This document shows positions 1 to 9,177 of a DNA stretch of 64,000 nucleotides, piece by piece. The notes under the pieces are model-generated. The model was not told the origin of the DNA. It saw only the letters and a program-made list of their open reading frames with translations, and did not search any database. The stretch comes from an uncultured Bacteroidota bacterium (GTDB taxonomy: Bacteria; Bacteroidota; Bacteroidia; B-17B0; Aurantibacillaceae): assembly GCA_903928655.1 (NCBI GenBank), contig CAIYSA010000051.1, positions 5,061 through 69,060 on the forward strand, written 5' to 3'. Position numbers and translations under genes: made by a program. Positions within the stretch are counted from its first letter, which is position 1, and each line of letters begins with the position of its first letter.

Positions 1-762
1 ATGATCATTTAAATCCCGTAAATAAATATCAGTTGATGGATTTATTAAATTTGTTTCGGATCTAACCATATTGTTAATCATATCACGAAGTGGCCAAACT
101 TGTTTACGTAAATATATCATTTCACGCTTTAGATGATAGAGTTCGAGTAACGACTTCTTGTCTGAACTATTAATAATATCCTCCTCAATTTCTTCAACTT
201 TATCTCCAATTTTTTCGATACAAGTAAAATAACAATCAACAACAGCATCCATTAATGCGTAGGCTAGATAATCCGCCCCCAATTTTCTAACCCTTCCTTT
301 TGCAGTTCTTAATCTGTTTCTAATAATATCAAAAGCATCTCCACCGTGAGGTTCTTGAAAAGAAATTACCGTGTTATCTAAAAGAATAATTGCTAATTGT
401 TCTGAATCCACCTGTGATGAATAACTGATCATTTTCATCATAGCAATAACATAGTGTTCATAATCTTCAAACTTTGGACGTTGATCAATATGAACAATAT
501 CCTCAAGTGTTAGCGGATGTATATTGTAAATTTTTCCAATTTGTTCAACTAAATCAGGCTTGTGTATACCTCCAACATTTATCCATTTAACCATGTTTGG
601 TTTAACGTGCGAAATACAATCCTCTAAATTGTAATATTCATCTTCAAAATATTCCGTTTCATTAAACTCAATCAACGTTATTTTTACAGGTTCAGTTCTT
701 ACTTCTCCATTATAAAATAAAGTTCCTGGAGGCGCGCCTATGTTTTGAGAATTTAATGCCAT
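1..762 (-). CDS. corA: Magnesium/cobalt transporter CorA, N-terminal cytoplasmic part (3' end lies beyond the window start)
   Basis: Own minus-strand translation from ATG at 760-762: MALNSQNIGAPPGTLFYNGE...HPLTLEDIVHIDQRPKFEDYEHYVIAMMKMI...LYHLKREMIYLRKQVWPLRDMI. The frame stays open to position 1. The LEDI..QRPK.EDY block is typical of CorA N-domains. It is absent from the ORF track because it runs off the edge. Confidence 0.8.
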   Translation of the reverse strand, partial: MALNSQNIGAPPGTLFYNGEVRTEPVKITLIEFNETEYFEDEYYNLEDCISHVKPNMVKWINVGGIHKPDLVEQIGKIYNIHPLTLEDIVHIDQRPKFEDYEHYVIAMMKMISYSSQVDSEQLAIILLDNTVISFQEPHGGDAFDIIRNRLRTAKGRVRKLGADYLAYALMDAVVDCYFTCIEKIGDKVEEIEEDIINSSDKKSLLELYHLKREMIYLRKQVWPLRDMINNMVRSETNLINPSTDIYLRDLNDH

Positions 763-785
763 CAGTGTAAAATTAATAAAATAAA

Positions 786-2060
786 TTAAACTCCAGTTTC
801 GTTTTTCATAACCATTTGCACAGTAAAACGACTTCTTTGTTCTAATAAAATAATTTTATTTTTAATTAACGATTCTATTATCTCAGGCGTATAATACCTT
901 ACAGTCATTAATTCTAAATTCGAATTATATAGCACCTTAAATGTTTGCTGAAGCTCATTAACTAAATTTTGAATTTTATTTATATCGTGGTCGCAACAAA
1001 CAGAAAAACTAATGGCAGAAAGTTGCATTAAATTAATTTTCACGCTACACCTTGCAAACACTTCGAAAATATCGCTTAGATTATCTTCTGCTATAAACGA
1101 AAAATCTTTTGGTTGAATAGAAATTAATACTTGGTTAATTTTAAAAATATATGAAGGGATATTTAATCTGTTTTCTCCGTCTTTAATAACACTACCAACT
1201 TCTTTTGGGTGTAAAAATGATTTTACAAATAATGGAATGTTTTTGTTTTGTAAAGGTTTAATGGTTTTAGGATGAATTACTGTTGCTCCATAATAAGTTA
1301 ATTCAATTGCGTCCTGATAACTTAACTGATCAATTTTTTTTGTTTTATTAAACCATTTTGGATCAGCATTTAAAACGCCTGGCACATCTTTCCAAATGGT
1401 AACACTTTCTGCATTTAAACAATAAGCAATAATAGAGGCAGTATAATCCGAACCTTCTCTTCCTAATGTAGTTGTAAAATTTTCTGATGTTCCACCAATA
1501 AACCCTTGCGTTACAACAATATCAATGGTTTTTAAAATCGGCATAATTTGAGAAGTAACCAATACTTCCGTCAATTCAAAATCAACTTTCCCTTCACGAT
1601 AGGTATTATCAGTTTGTATTAATCCTCTTGCATCAACCCATTTATTTAAAATACCTATTTCGTTTAAATAAGCAGAAATAATTTTAGTTGAAATTGTTTC
1701 ACCCATACTTATTATTTGATCGTATTCGAAATCATAACTATGCGTTGGCTCATCTTCAATTGCCCAATGTAATTCAACAAAAGTATTTTCTAATTCATTA
1801 TAAATTGGGTGCGTATTTTCAGAAAATAACTGTGAACATATTGAAAAATGAAATTGTTTTATTTCTTCTAAAATATCATTTGCATTTTCTGAATTATAAA
1901 AAAAAGCATTTGCAAGTTTTTCCAAAGCATTTGTCATTTTTCCCATAGCAGAAATTACAACACATAATTTTTGGTTAGGAAATTGTTTTAAAACCTCTGC
2001 TACATTTTTTACAGCTTCTGCATCTTTAACCGAAGCCCCACCAAATTTAAATACTTGCAT
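786..2060 (-). CDS. lysC: Aspartate kinase
   Basis: 424 aa. The N-terminal MQVFKFGGASV nucleotide-binding motif, the TLGREGSDYTA block and a C-terminal ACT-like region give a typical monofunctional aspartokinase architecture. Confidence 0.85.
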   Translation of the reverse strand: MQVFKFGGASVKDAEAVKNVAEVLKQFPNQKLCVVISAMGKMTNALEKLANAFFYNSENANDILEEIKQFHFSICSQLFSENTHPIYNELENTFVELHWAIEDEPTHSYDFEYDQIISMGETISTKIISAYLNEIGILNKWVDARGLIQTDNTYREGKVDFELTEVLVTSQIMPILKTIDIVVTQGFIGGTSENFTTTLGREGSDYTASIIAYCLNAESVTIWKDVPGVLNADPKWFNKTKKIDQLSYQDAIELTYYGATVIHPKTIKPLQNKNIPLFVKSFLHPKEVGSVIKDGENRLNIPSYIFKINQVLISIQPKDFSFIAEDNLSDIFEVFARCSVKINLMQLSAISFSVCCDHDINKIQNLVNELQQTFKVLYNSNLELMTVRYYTPEIIESLIKNKIILLEQRSRFTVQMVMKNETGV

Positions 2061-2212
2061 AATTTATTTTTATCAAAGATAATGATTGAGTTATAATATT
2101 ACGTGGAGCATGTAGTTTATCTATATTGCAATATTATAATACTATTTATTTTAGAATTAAAGTTAAAATAAAGATTAGTTTAACGACTTAAGAGTTACTC
2201 AAAATAATACTC

Positions 2213-2246
2213 AAAAAAAATCCCGAAATAAATTTCGGGATTTTTA
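2213..2246. terminator. Bidirectional Rho-independent terminator downstream of ctaD
   Basis: aaaaaaaa-TCCCGAAA-taaa-TTTCGGGA-ttttta. An 8-bp perfect stem (2221-2228 / 2233-2240) is flanked by an A-run and a T-run, immediately after the ctaD stop at 2255. Confidence 0.8.
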
Positions 2247-2254
2247 TATTTTAA

Positions 2255-4075
2255 TTAATGTCCGCCATTATCATGTTCACCTTCTGCTAACGGAACCGTT
2301 TGAGGTATAAAATCTCTTTCCGCGCCCGGCTTGCTATAATCATAAGCCCAACGATGAACAACAGGTAAAGCGCCAGGCCAGTTTCCATGAATGTTTGCCA
2401 TTGGAGTAGTCCATTCTAATGTGTTAGAATTCCAAGGGTTTTGCGGCGATTTTTCTCCTTTGAAAATACTATAAAAGAAATTGAATAAAAATATTACTTG
2501 AGATAAAGCTCCTAATATTGCGAAAACTGTTACAATTTCGTTAATGTCGACTAAGTTATCAAACATTGGAAAATTACTGTTAGTATAATAACGACGAGGA
2601 ACACCAGCAAGCCCTAAAAAGTGCATTGGAAAAAACACACCATAAGCACAAACAAAAGTTGTCCAGAAATGGAAGTACCCTAATTTCTTATTCATCATTC
2701 GCAAAAATAATTTAGGGAACCAGTGATATACACCTGCAAACATCCCAAAGATTGCTGACAAACCCATTACGATATGAAAATGGGCAACAACAAAATAAGT
2801 ATCATGTACATTAATATCTAAAGTTGAATCAGCTAAGATAATACCAGTAACACCACCCGTTACAAAAGAAGAAACTAAACCAATAGAAAATAACATTGCA
2901 GGCGTGTATTGTATATTTCCTTTCCATAAAGTTGTGATATAGTTAAATGCTTTTACAGCAGAAGGAATTGCAATTAATAATGTGGTAAATACAAAAACAG
3001 AGCCTAAGAAAGGATTCATCCCTGTAATAAACATATGATGACCCCAAACAATAAATGATAAAAACCCAATTGCTAGCATGGAACCAATCATAGCTCTATA
3101 ACCAAAAATTGGCTTACGAGAGTTAGTTGCAATAATTTCAGATGTGATTCCTAAAGCTGGTAATATTACAATGTAAACTTCTGGGTGACCTAAAAACCAA
3201 AATAAATGTTCAAATAATACAGGGCTCCCGCCAACATTATCTAATGCGCGGCCACCAATATAAATATCTGAAAGGTAAAAACTAGTCCCTAAACTTCTAT
3301 CACAAATTAATAAAACAACGCAAGAAACTAAAACTGGGAAAGATAATACACCTAAAATAGCTGTAATTAAAATAGCCCACATTGTTAATGGCATACGCGT
3401 CATTTTCATTCCTTTTGTACGCAAGTTAATAATTGTAACGATGTAGTTTATACCGCCTAATAAAGAAGAAACAACAAATAAGGTCATAGAAATTAACCAC
3501 ATTGTCATCCCTAATTTCGAACCTGGCATAGCCTCTGGTAATGCCGATAATGGGGGGTAAATTGTCCACCCTCCTGAAGCAGGACCATCATCAATAAATA
3601 ATGAAGATAACATGATAACACTAGAAACAAAGAAAAACCAGTAAGAAAGCATGTTCAAAAACCCAGAAGCCATATCACGCGCTCCAACTTGAAAAGGGAT
3701 TAAGAGATTGGCAAATGTACCAGACAAGCCGCCAGTTAAAACAAAGAAAACCATAATAGTACCATGTATTGTAACCAAAGCTAAATACATATTTGGATCT
3801 AATATTCCATCTTTACCCCATTTATCACCAAGCATTGCATTAATAAAGGCAAATTTTTCTCCTGGCCAAGCAAGTTGCATACGGAAAATAATAGACATTG
3901 TCATCGCTATTACAGCCATAACTACTGCCGTTAATAAAAACTGACGAGAAATCATTTTATGATCCTGACTAAATACATATTTAGCAACAAATGATTGATG
4001 ATGCTCTTCATGAGCATGATCATGCTCGTGATGTCCAGCGTGTTCTGATAAATCTATTGAATGTGCGTTTGCCAT
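2255..4075 (-). CDS. ctaD: Cytochrome c oxidase (aa3-type) subunit I
   Basis: 606 aa and polytopic. It carries the heme-copper oxidase signatures FWFLGHPEVYIVILP and GHHMF, plus histidine ligands in HFHIVMG. Confidence 0.95.
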   Translation of the reverse strand: MANAHSIDLSEHAGHHEHDHAHEEHHQSFVAKYVFSQDHKMISRQFLLTAVVMAVIAMTMSIIFRMQLAWPGEKFAFINAMLGDKWGKDGILDPNMYLALVTIHGTIMVFFVLTGGLSGTFANLLIPFQVGARDMASGFLNMLSYWFFFVSSVIMLSSLFIDDGPASGGWTIYPPLSALPEAMPGSKLGMTMWLISMTLFVVSSLLGGINYIVTIINLRTKGMKMTRMPLTMWAILITAILGVLSFPVLVSCVVLLICDRSLGTSFYLSDIYIGGRALDNVGGSPVLFEHLFWFLGHPEVYIVILPALGITSEIIATNSRKPIFGYRAMIGSMLAIGFLSFIVWGHHMFITGMNPFLGSVFVFTTLLIAIPSAVKAFNYITTLWKGNIQYTPAMLFSIGLVSSFVTGGVTGIILADSTLDINVHDTYFVVAHFHIVMGLSAIFGMFAGVYHWFPKLFLRMMNKKLGYFHFWTTFVCAYGVFFPMHFLGLAGVPRRYYTNSNFPMFDNLVDINEIVTVFAILGALSQVIFLFNFFYSIFKGEKSPQNPWNSNTLEWTTPMANIHGNWPGALPVVHRWAYDYSKPGAERDFIPQTVPLAEGEHDNGGH

Positions 4076-4115
4076 TTTTAGTTCTTTTATTTAGTAAACA
4101 ATCTTTATTTAAAAT

Positions 4116-5147
4116 TTATTTTGAAGCTAATGTTTTTACTACTTTTTGTTTAGCTATCCATGTATTGTAATCTTTTTCACTTTCTACAATTATTGTCATC
4201 TGCATGTTATAATGCGAGGCTCCACAAATTTTATTACACAGTAAAATGTAATCAAACTCTACGGCTTCCTTATTATCTTTTGCGCGCGCATCATTAATTC
4301 CTTTCATTAACTGAATAACATAAGGATCTTTTCTCATATCAGCGGTAGTTTTATTTGGAGTAAATTTAAATTCCGTAATCATTCCTGGTACACAATTCAT
4401 TTGGGCTCTAAAGTGAGGCATAAAAGCAGAGTGAATTACATCTCGTGAACGCATTTTGAATTCAATCTCTCTGTTAACAGGAATATGAAATTCATTCTTT
4501 ACAATAATATCATCATATCCATTGGCGTCTAAAGTATCCATTCCAACACTATTTCCCCCATCTATCTGACGGTAATCAGTTAATCCTAATGTTTTATCTT
4601 GACCCGCATAACGAACACTCCAATCAAATTGTTTTGCATAAAGTTCAATTGTAATTTTATTAGGATCAGTTGAACGGTCAGTTATTTCGTTCCAAAATTT
4701 TAATCCAAAAATAATAATACCTGCTAAAACAACCGCAGGTACAATTGTCCAAGCCATTTCTAAACGATTATCGTGAGCTAAGAACGTAGCTTTAGTTTTA
4801 TCTTTACCTGAGTACTTATATGCAAAATAAAATAAAGCACCATTTGTTAAAATAGAAGCAATGGTAATTATCCACATATTAACATTCCATAAAGAATCTA
4901 TATTTAAACCGTGAACAGATGCAGCTCCTGGTAAAGAGTTATCTTCCCAACGATCTATTTGCCATAATAAAAGTACAAAAAACAATATACCAAAACTCAG
5001 CATTAATTTCCCATTAAATGTATTGTCACTTTCTGTAACATTCCATTCCTTGGTGTTTTTAAATTGTCGAGATAACTCAACAACACGCATCAGCTGATGA
5101 ACAGCTATTATTAAGAGTACAAGTCCGATTAAAATTAATAATTTCAT
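4116..5147 (-). CDS. ctaC: Cytochrome c oxidase subunit II (CuA subunit, no fused cytochrome c domain)
   Basis: 343 aa with N-terminal TM helices. The CuA site is DVIHSAF ... C-NKI-C-GAS-H-YN-M (C-x3-C-x3-H-x2-M). Confidence 0.9.
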   Translation of the reverse strand: MKLLILIGLVLLIIAVHQLMRVVELSRQFKNTKEWNVTESDNTFNGKLMLSFGILFFVLLLWQIDRWEDNSLPGAASVHGLNIDSLWNVNMWIITIASILTNGALFYFAYKYSGKDKTKATFLAHDNRLEMAWTIVPAVVLAGIIIFGLKFWNEITDRSTDPNKITIELYAKQFDWSVRYAGQDKTLGLTDYRQIDGGNSVGMDTLDANGYDDIIVKNEFHIPVNREIEFKMRSRDVIHSAFMPHFRAQMNCVPGMITEFKFTPNKTTADMRKDPYVIQLMKGINDARAKDNKEAVEFDYILLCNKICGASHYNMQMTIIVESEKDYNTWIAKQKVVKTLASK

Positions 5148-5195
5148 ATGATATAAAAATTTATAGTTCTATTTATTAGTGTGTTATGTTATTGA

Positions 5196-6428
5196 TTAAT
5201 AAGAATGGTGTAAACTTTCTGATAAAAACGGATGGTTTTTCACCAATAATGGGCGTTTTGCAAGATTTGTTAATACAACATAAATGAATATTCCTAAAAA
5301 GAATAAGAAATTTCCGATTTCCATCCAACTTAAACCAGTCCAATTATGACCAACAGTTCCTGGCATTACAATCATAATCATATCTAAATAATGACCAATA
5401 AAAATAATTGTTCCAACAAAAACTAAGAAGTAGAAATTACGTTTAGAATCACGGCTCATCAATAATACCATTGGGAATAAAAAGTTAACAAAGAAAACAG
5501 CCCACATTAATGCCTTATAAGATTCCCAACGTGTTTTGTAATAAACAACTTCTTCAGGAATATCAGCATACCAAATAAGCATAAATTGGGAGAAATATAA
5601 ATATGTCCATAAGAAAGATATTGCAAACATCCATTTACCAATATCATGAACTGTACTTTCAGTAACAAATTCTAAATACCCATTTTTCTTCAACCAAACA
5701 ACCAATAATGTAATTGTAATCATTGAGCTTACCCACATTCCAGAAAACACATACCAACCCATCATAGTAGAAAACCAATGAGTATCAATACTCATTAACC
5801 AATCCCAAGCAGCAGTAGATGAAGTGTAAGCAAAAAGAACTAAAAAATAAGCACTTAGCTTAATGTTTTTCCAATGAAACCCTTTCGATTCTTCAATTCC
5901 TAAAGCATCTGCATCGCTTGAATTCTTTCTTAATTTCCAAGCAAATAAAACCCAAGCAACCATATATAAAATGGTTCTAACCCACCAAAAAACACCAAAA
6001 TAGCCACTTTTCCCAGCAATTACAGCATCATAATTTGGAGAATTTATATCAGAAACTCCTTCAGCCATCCAAGGGTAAATAGTATTAAGATGAATTTGGC
6101 CACAGATAAATATTAGTAATAAACATGATAAACCATAAGGTAAAAATGAAATAACAGCTTCCATTAAACGCTTTATAGTAGTTGACCAACCTGATTCTGC
6201 AGCATATTGCAATGCCAAAAAGAATACTGAAGCTAAAGCAATTCCCATAAAATAAAAAGAACCTGCAAAAAGGTTTGCCCAAGCACGATTATGTTGATAG
6301 TGATGATCTTCAACATTAGTATCAAAAACAAACATGCAAACAATGGATACTAATCCAACTGCCATCAATATCATTGATATTATTTTTGTTTTTGAAGGAA
6401 ATACGAAATTTAATTTATCTGTGTTCAT
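5196..6428 (-). CDS. actF: Alternative Complex III subunit ActF (NrfD-like membrane subunit)
   Basis: 410-aa polytopic membrane protein in the last act position, directly upstream of the oxidase genes. This matches the gene order known from flavobacterial ACIII-aa3 loci. Confidence 0.8.
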   Translation of the reverse strand: MNTDKLNFVFPSKTKIISMILMAVGLVSIVCMFVFDTNVEDHHYQHNRAWANLFAGSFYFMGIALASVFFLALQYAAESGWSTTIKRLMEAVISFLPYGLSCLLLIFICGQIHLNTIYPWMAEGVSDINSPNYDAVIAGKSGYFGVFWWVRTILYMVAWVLFAWKLRKNSSDADALGIEESKGFHWKNIKLSAYFLVLFAYTSSTAAWDWLMSIDTHWFSTMMGWYVFSGMWVSSMITITLLVVWLKKNGYLEFVTESTVHDIGKWMFAISFLWTYLYFSQFMLIWYADIPEEVVYYKTRWESYKALMWAVFFVNFLFPMVLLMSRDSKRNFYFLVFVGTIIFIGHYLDMIMIVMPGTVGHNWTGLSWMEIGNFLFFLGIFIYVVLTNLAKRPLLVKNHPFLSESLHHSY

Positions 6429-6471
6429 ATTTTTGTAATTCGGTTATGTCTCTATGAATTCGTTTAATTAA

Positions 6472-7125
6472 TTAGTGAACAGGTGATGGAATCTTTTCAA
6501 CTACTGTTGCTGTTAGAACAGCCTTAGCTGTAGAATCAGCAACTACTGTTTTTGGTCCTTGTAATTTTTGCACATAATGTACTAAAGTCCAACGTTCTTG
6601 TGTATTTAAAATACTAGCATGATTTCCCATTGAATTTTTACCATAGGTAATTGAATGAAATATTTTTCCTTCGGGTAAATCTTTTAATGCGCCATTGTAT
6701 GCTGGCGGTGGACCAGGTAATTTTGCTCCAACTTTACCATCACCTAATCCTGCAGCACCATGACAGTGAACACAAAATTTACCATATAAAGCTTCTCCAT
6801 CTAATTCAACTTGAGGAGTTAATGCTATTGGATTTTTCAAATATAAACCAGCTTGCTCATAACCTTCAACTGTATTTGGATAAGCATAAGGAATAAATCC
6901 TCTGCAAATTGTTCCTTTAACTGGCAACATTGCACTGTTTAAAGTGTCATCACCAATAATATAAGTTCCGTAATTTTCTACAGATGGAGAGCGGTACATA
7001 TCGGGCATAAATTCAAACCCTGGACTATTTAAATCCTTTTTACCACATGATGTAAAACCTGCAACTAAAATCACAGCGAAAGTTCCGCAAGTAATAAGTT
7101 TCAAATTTTTATAAGATATATTCAT
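6472..7125 (-). CDS. actE: Alternative Complex III subunit ActE, monoheme cytochrome c lipoprotein
   Basis: 217 aa. It has a lipobox (AGFTSCGKK) and a single CVHCH heme motif, and sits in the conserved position in the operon. Confidence 0.85.
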   Translation of the reverse strand: MNISYKNLKLITCGTFAVILVAGFTSCGKKDLNSPGFEFMPDMYRSPSVENYGTYIIGDDTLNSAMLPVKGTICRGFIPYAYPNTVEGYEQAGLYLKNPIALTPQVELDGEALYGKFCVHCHGAAGLGDGKVGAKLPGPPPAYNGALKDLPEGKIFHSITYGKNSMGNHASILNTQERWTLVHYVQKLQGPKTVVADSTAKAVLTATVVEKIPSPVH

Positions 7126-7155
7126 CAGTATTATATTTAATTTTGTTTTGTACTA

Positions 7156-7704
7156 TTAATATTTTGCTTCAATAACTAAAGTTCCTTTATAGTTAACCTC
7201 TTCAGCGCCTTCAGAACGTAAAATTTCATCTGCTTTTTTTGATTGCTCTTCGTTTAACTCTAAATAAATCATAAACTTATCATCAGTTGTGCGAGGATCT
7301 GGGTTTTTAGGACGGGCACCTGGTACTAACATACAACGTAATAAATAAGTTAACGCCATTCCATGAGCTGCACAAAATACTGTTGCTTCAAAAGAAATTG
7401 GAATAAATGCAGGGATATTAAAATAATAACTCCAATTTGGTTTACCACCAATATCAGCATTCCAATCGCTAATCATCATGTACCACATCATTAATGTAGC
7501 TAATCCTAAACCAGTTAAGCCATAAATAAAAGCACAAATTGCTAAACGAGTTCTTGGTACGCCAATAATTGGATCAATACCATGTAAAGGAAAAGGTGTA
7601 TAAACTTCGTTTATACGAATACCTGACGAACGTAATTTCTTACAAGCTTCAATTAAAGGAACCTCATCTGAAAATATGCCGTGTATAATGTTTTTTGTTA
7701 TCAT
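7156..7704 (-). CDS. actD: Alternative Complex III subunit ActD (DUF3341-type)
   Basis: 182 aa with two central TM helices, located between actC and actE as in characterised ACIII operons. Confidence 0.8.
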   Translation of the reverse strand: MITKNIIHGIFSDEVPLIEACKKLRSSGIRINEVYTPFPLHGIDPIIGVPRTRLAICAFIYGLTGLGLATLMMWYMMISDWNADIGGKPNWSYYFNIPAFIPISFEATVFCAAHGMALTYLLRCMLVPGARPKNPDPRTTDDKFMIYLELNEEQSKKADEILRSEGAEEVNYKGTLVIEAKY

Positions 7705-7747
7705 ATTCTTATTTAAATAAATCTAAATATTTGTTTCTTTTCTAATA

Positions 7748-9133
7748 TTAGTGTCCGTGCTCTGCTGCAAGTTTCTTTTGTTCTTCACCAGATGCTTTCA
7801 AAATTGATTTTAATTCTGCTTGAGCAATTACTGGAAAAGTACGAGAATAAAGTAAAAACAATGTGAAGAACATTCCAATTGTTCCCACAAAAATACCAAC
7901 GTCAACAAATGTAGGGTGATATGAATTCCAAGTAGATGGTAAATAAGTACGACATAATGTCGGAACGATAATTACAAAACGTTCGAACCACATACCGATA
8001 TTTACTACAATCGACAATACAAATGTAAATGCTAAACTTGTACGCAATTTTTTGAACCAAAACAATTGTGGTGAAATAACATTACACGTCATCATAATCC
8101 AATAAGCCCAAGCCATAGGACCAGTTGCTCTATTTAAGAAAGCGTATTGTTCCCATTCAACACCAGAATACCAAGCCATGAATAATTCAGTTAAATAAGC
8201 AACACCTACAATAGAACCAGTAACTATAATTACAATATTCATGTATTCAACATGTTTAACTGTAATATATGCTTCTAATTTGTATACTTTACGAACGATT
8301 AACATTAATGTTAATACCATTGCGAATCCAGAGAATACCGCACCTGATACGAAATAAGGAGGGAAAATAGTTGTATGCCATCCTGGTAAAATTGATGTAG
8401 CAAAGTCCATTGATACAATAGAGTGAACCGAGAATACTAATGGTGTAGATAACCCTGCTAATACTAAAGATACTTCTTCAAAACGACTCCAGTGACGAGC
8501 GCTTCCACCCCAACCAAAGCTTAATAAACTGTAGATCTTTTTCATTTTTGGTTTAACAACTCTATCTCTAATCATTGCAAAATCGGGAATTAAACCAATG
8601 TACCAAAAAACGATTGATACAGTTGCATAAGTAGAAATTGCAAAAACGTCCCATAACAAAGGAGAGTTAAAGTTAGGCCAAATAGAACCAAATTGATTTG
8701 GTAAAGGGAATAACATATAATCTAACCAAGGACGACCAGTGTGAAGAGTTACGAAAATAGCCGCACAAAGTACAGCGAAAATCGTCATCGCTTCGGCAGA
8801 TCGGTTAATTGCCATACGCCATTTTTGACGGAACAGCAATAATACTGCTGAAATTAATGTGCCGGCATGTCCAATACCAATCCACCATACGAAATTAGTA
8901 ATGTCCCAAGCCCAATCAACACCGTTATTAGAACCCCAGGCTCCAATACCAACTCCAATTGTGTACGATAAACATCCTATACCCCACATAAAACCTAAAG
9001 CAGATATAGTAAACAAAATATACCATAATCTATTTGCCTTACCTTCTATTGGCGCAATAATATCGTCGGTGATGTTTCGGTAAGTTTTGTTACCTAATAT
9101 CAAAGGTTCTCTTATCTGTGATTCTGCGTGCAT
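7748..9133 (-). CDS. actC: Alternative Complex III subunit ActC (NrfD/PsrC-like quinol-interacting membrane subunit)
   Basis: 461 aa with about 10 TM segments. It shows NrfD-family character and follows the Fe-S/molybdopterin-like ActB. Confidence 0.85.
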   Translation of the reverse strand: MHAESQIREPLILGNKTYRNITDDIIAPIEGKANRLWYILFTISALGFMWGIGCLSYTIGVGIGAWGSNNGVDWAWDITNFVWWIGIGHAGTLISAVLLLFRQKWRMAINRSAEAMTIFAVLCAAIFVTLHTGRPWLDYMLFPLPNQFGSIWPNFNSPLLWDVFAISTYATVSIVFWYIGLIPDFAMIRDRVVKPKMKKIYSLLSFGWGGSARHWSRFEEVSLVLAGLSTPLVFSVHSIVSMDFATSILPGWHTTIFPPYFVSGAVFSGFAMVLTLMLIVRKVYKLEAYITVKHVEYMNIVIIVTGSIVGVAYLTELFMAWYSGVEWEQYAFLNRATGPMAWAYWIMMTCNVISPQLFWFKKLRTSLAFTFVLSIVVNIGMWFERFVIIVPTLCRTYLPSTWNSYHPTFVDVGIFVGTIGMFFTLFLLYSRTFPVIAQAELKSILKASGEEQKKLAAEHGH

Positions 9134-9177
9134 ATTATTATTAATTCAGAATTTATAATTTAATTTTTTAATTGTTT

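Noticed and set aside
2061-2212. Possible lysine riboswitch (L-box) in the leader of the aspartate kinase gene.
   Set aside because: The ~150-nt leader is extremely AT-rich, and I could not find any of the conserved GC-rich L-box helices or the AGAGGCGC-type core. No structure is evident.
6085-6282. Small same-strand overlapping ORFs: 65 aa inside actF, and 69 aa at 19205..19414 inside the M28 gene.
   Set aside because: They are out-of-frame ORFs fully nested in strongly supported genes, and their Phe/Cys/Ile-rich composition is typical of off-frame translation.
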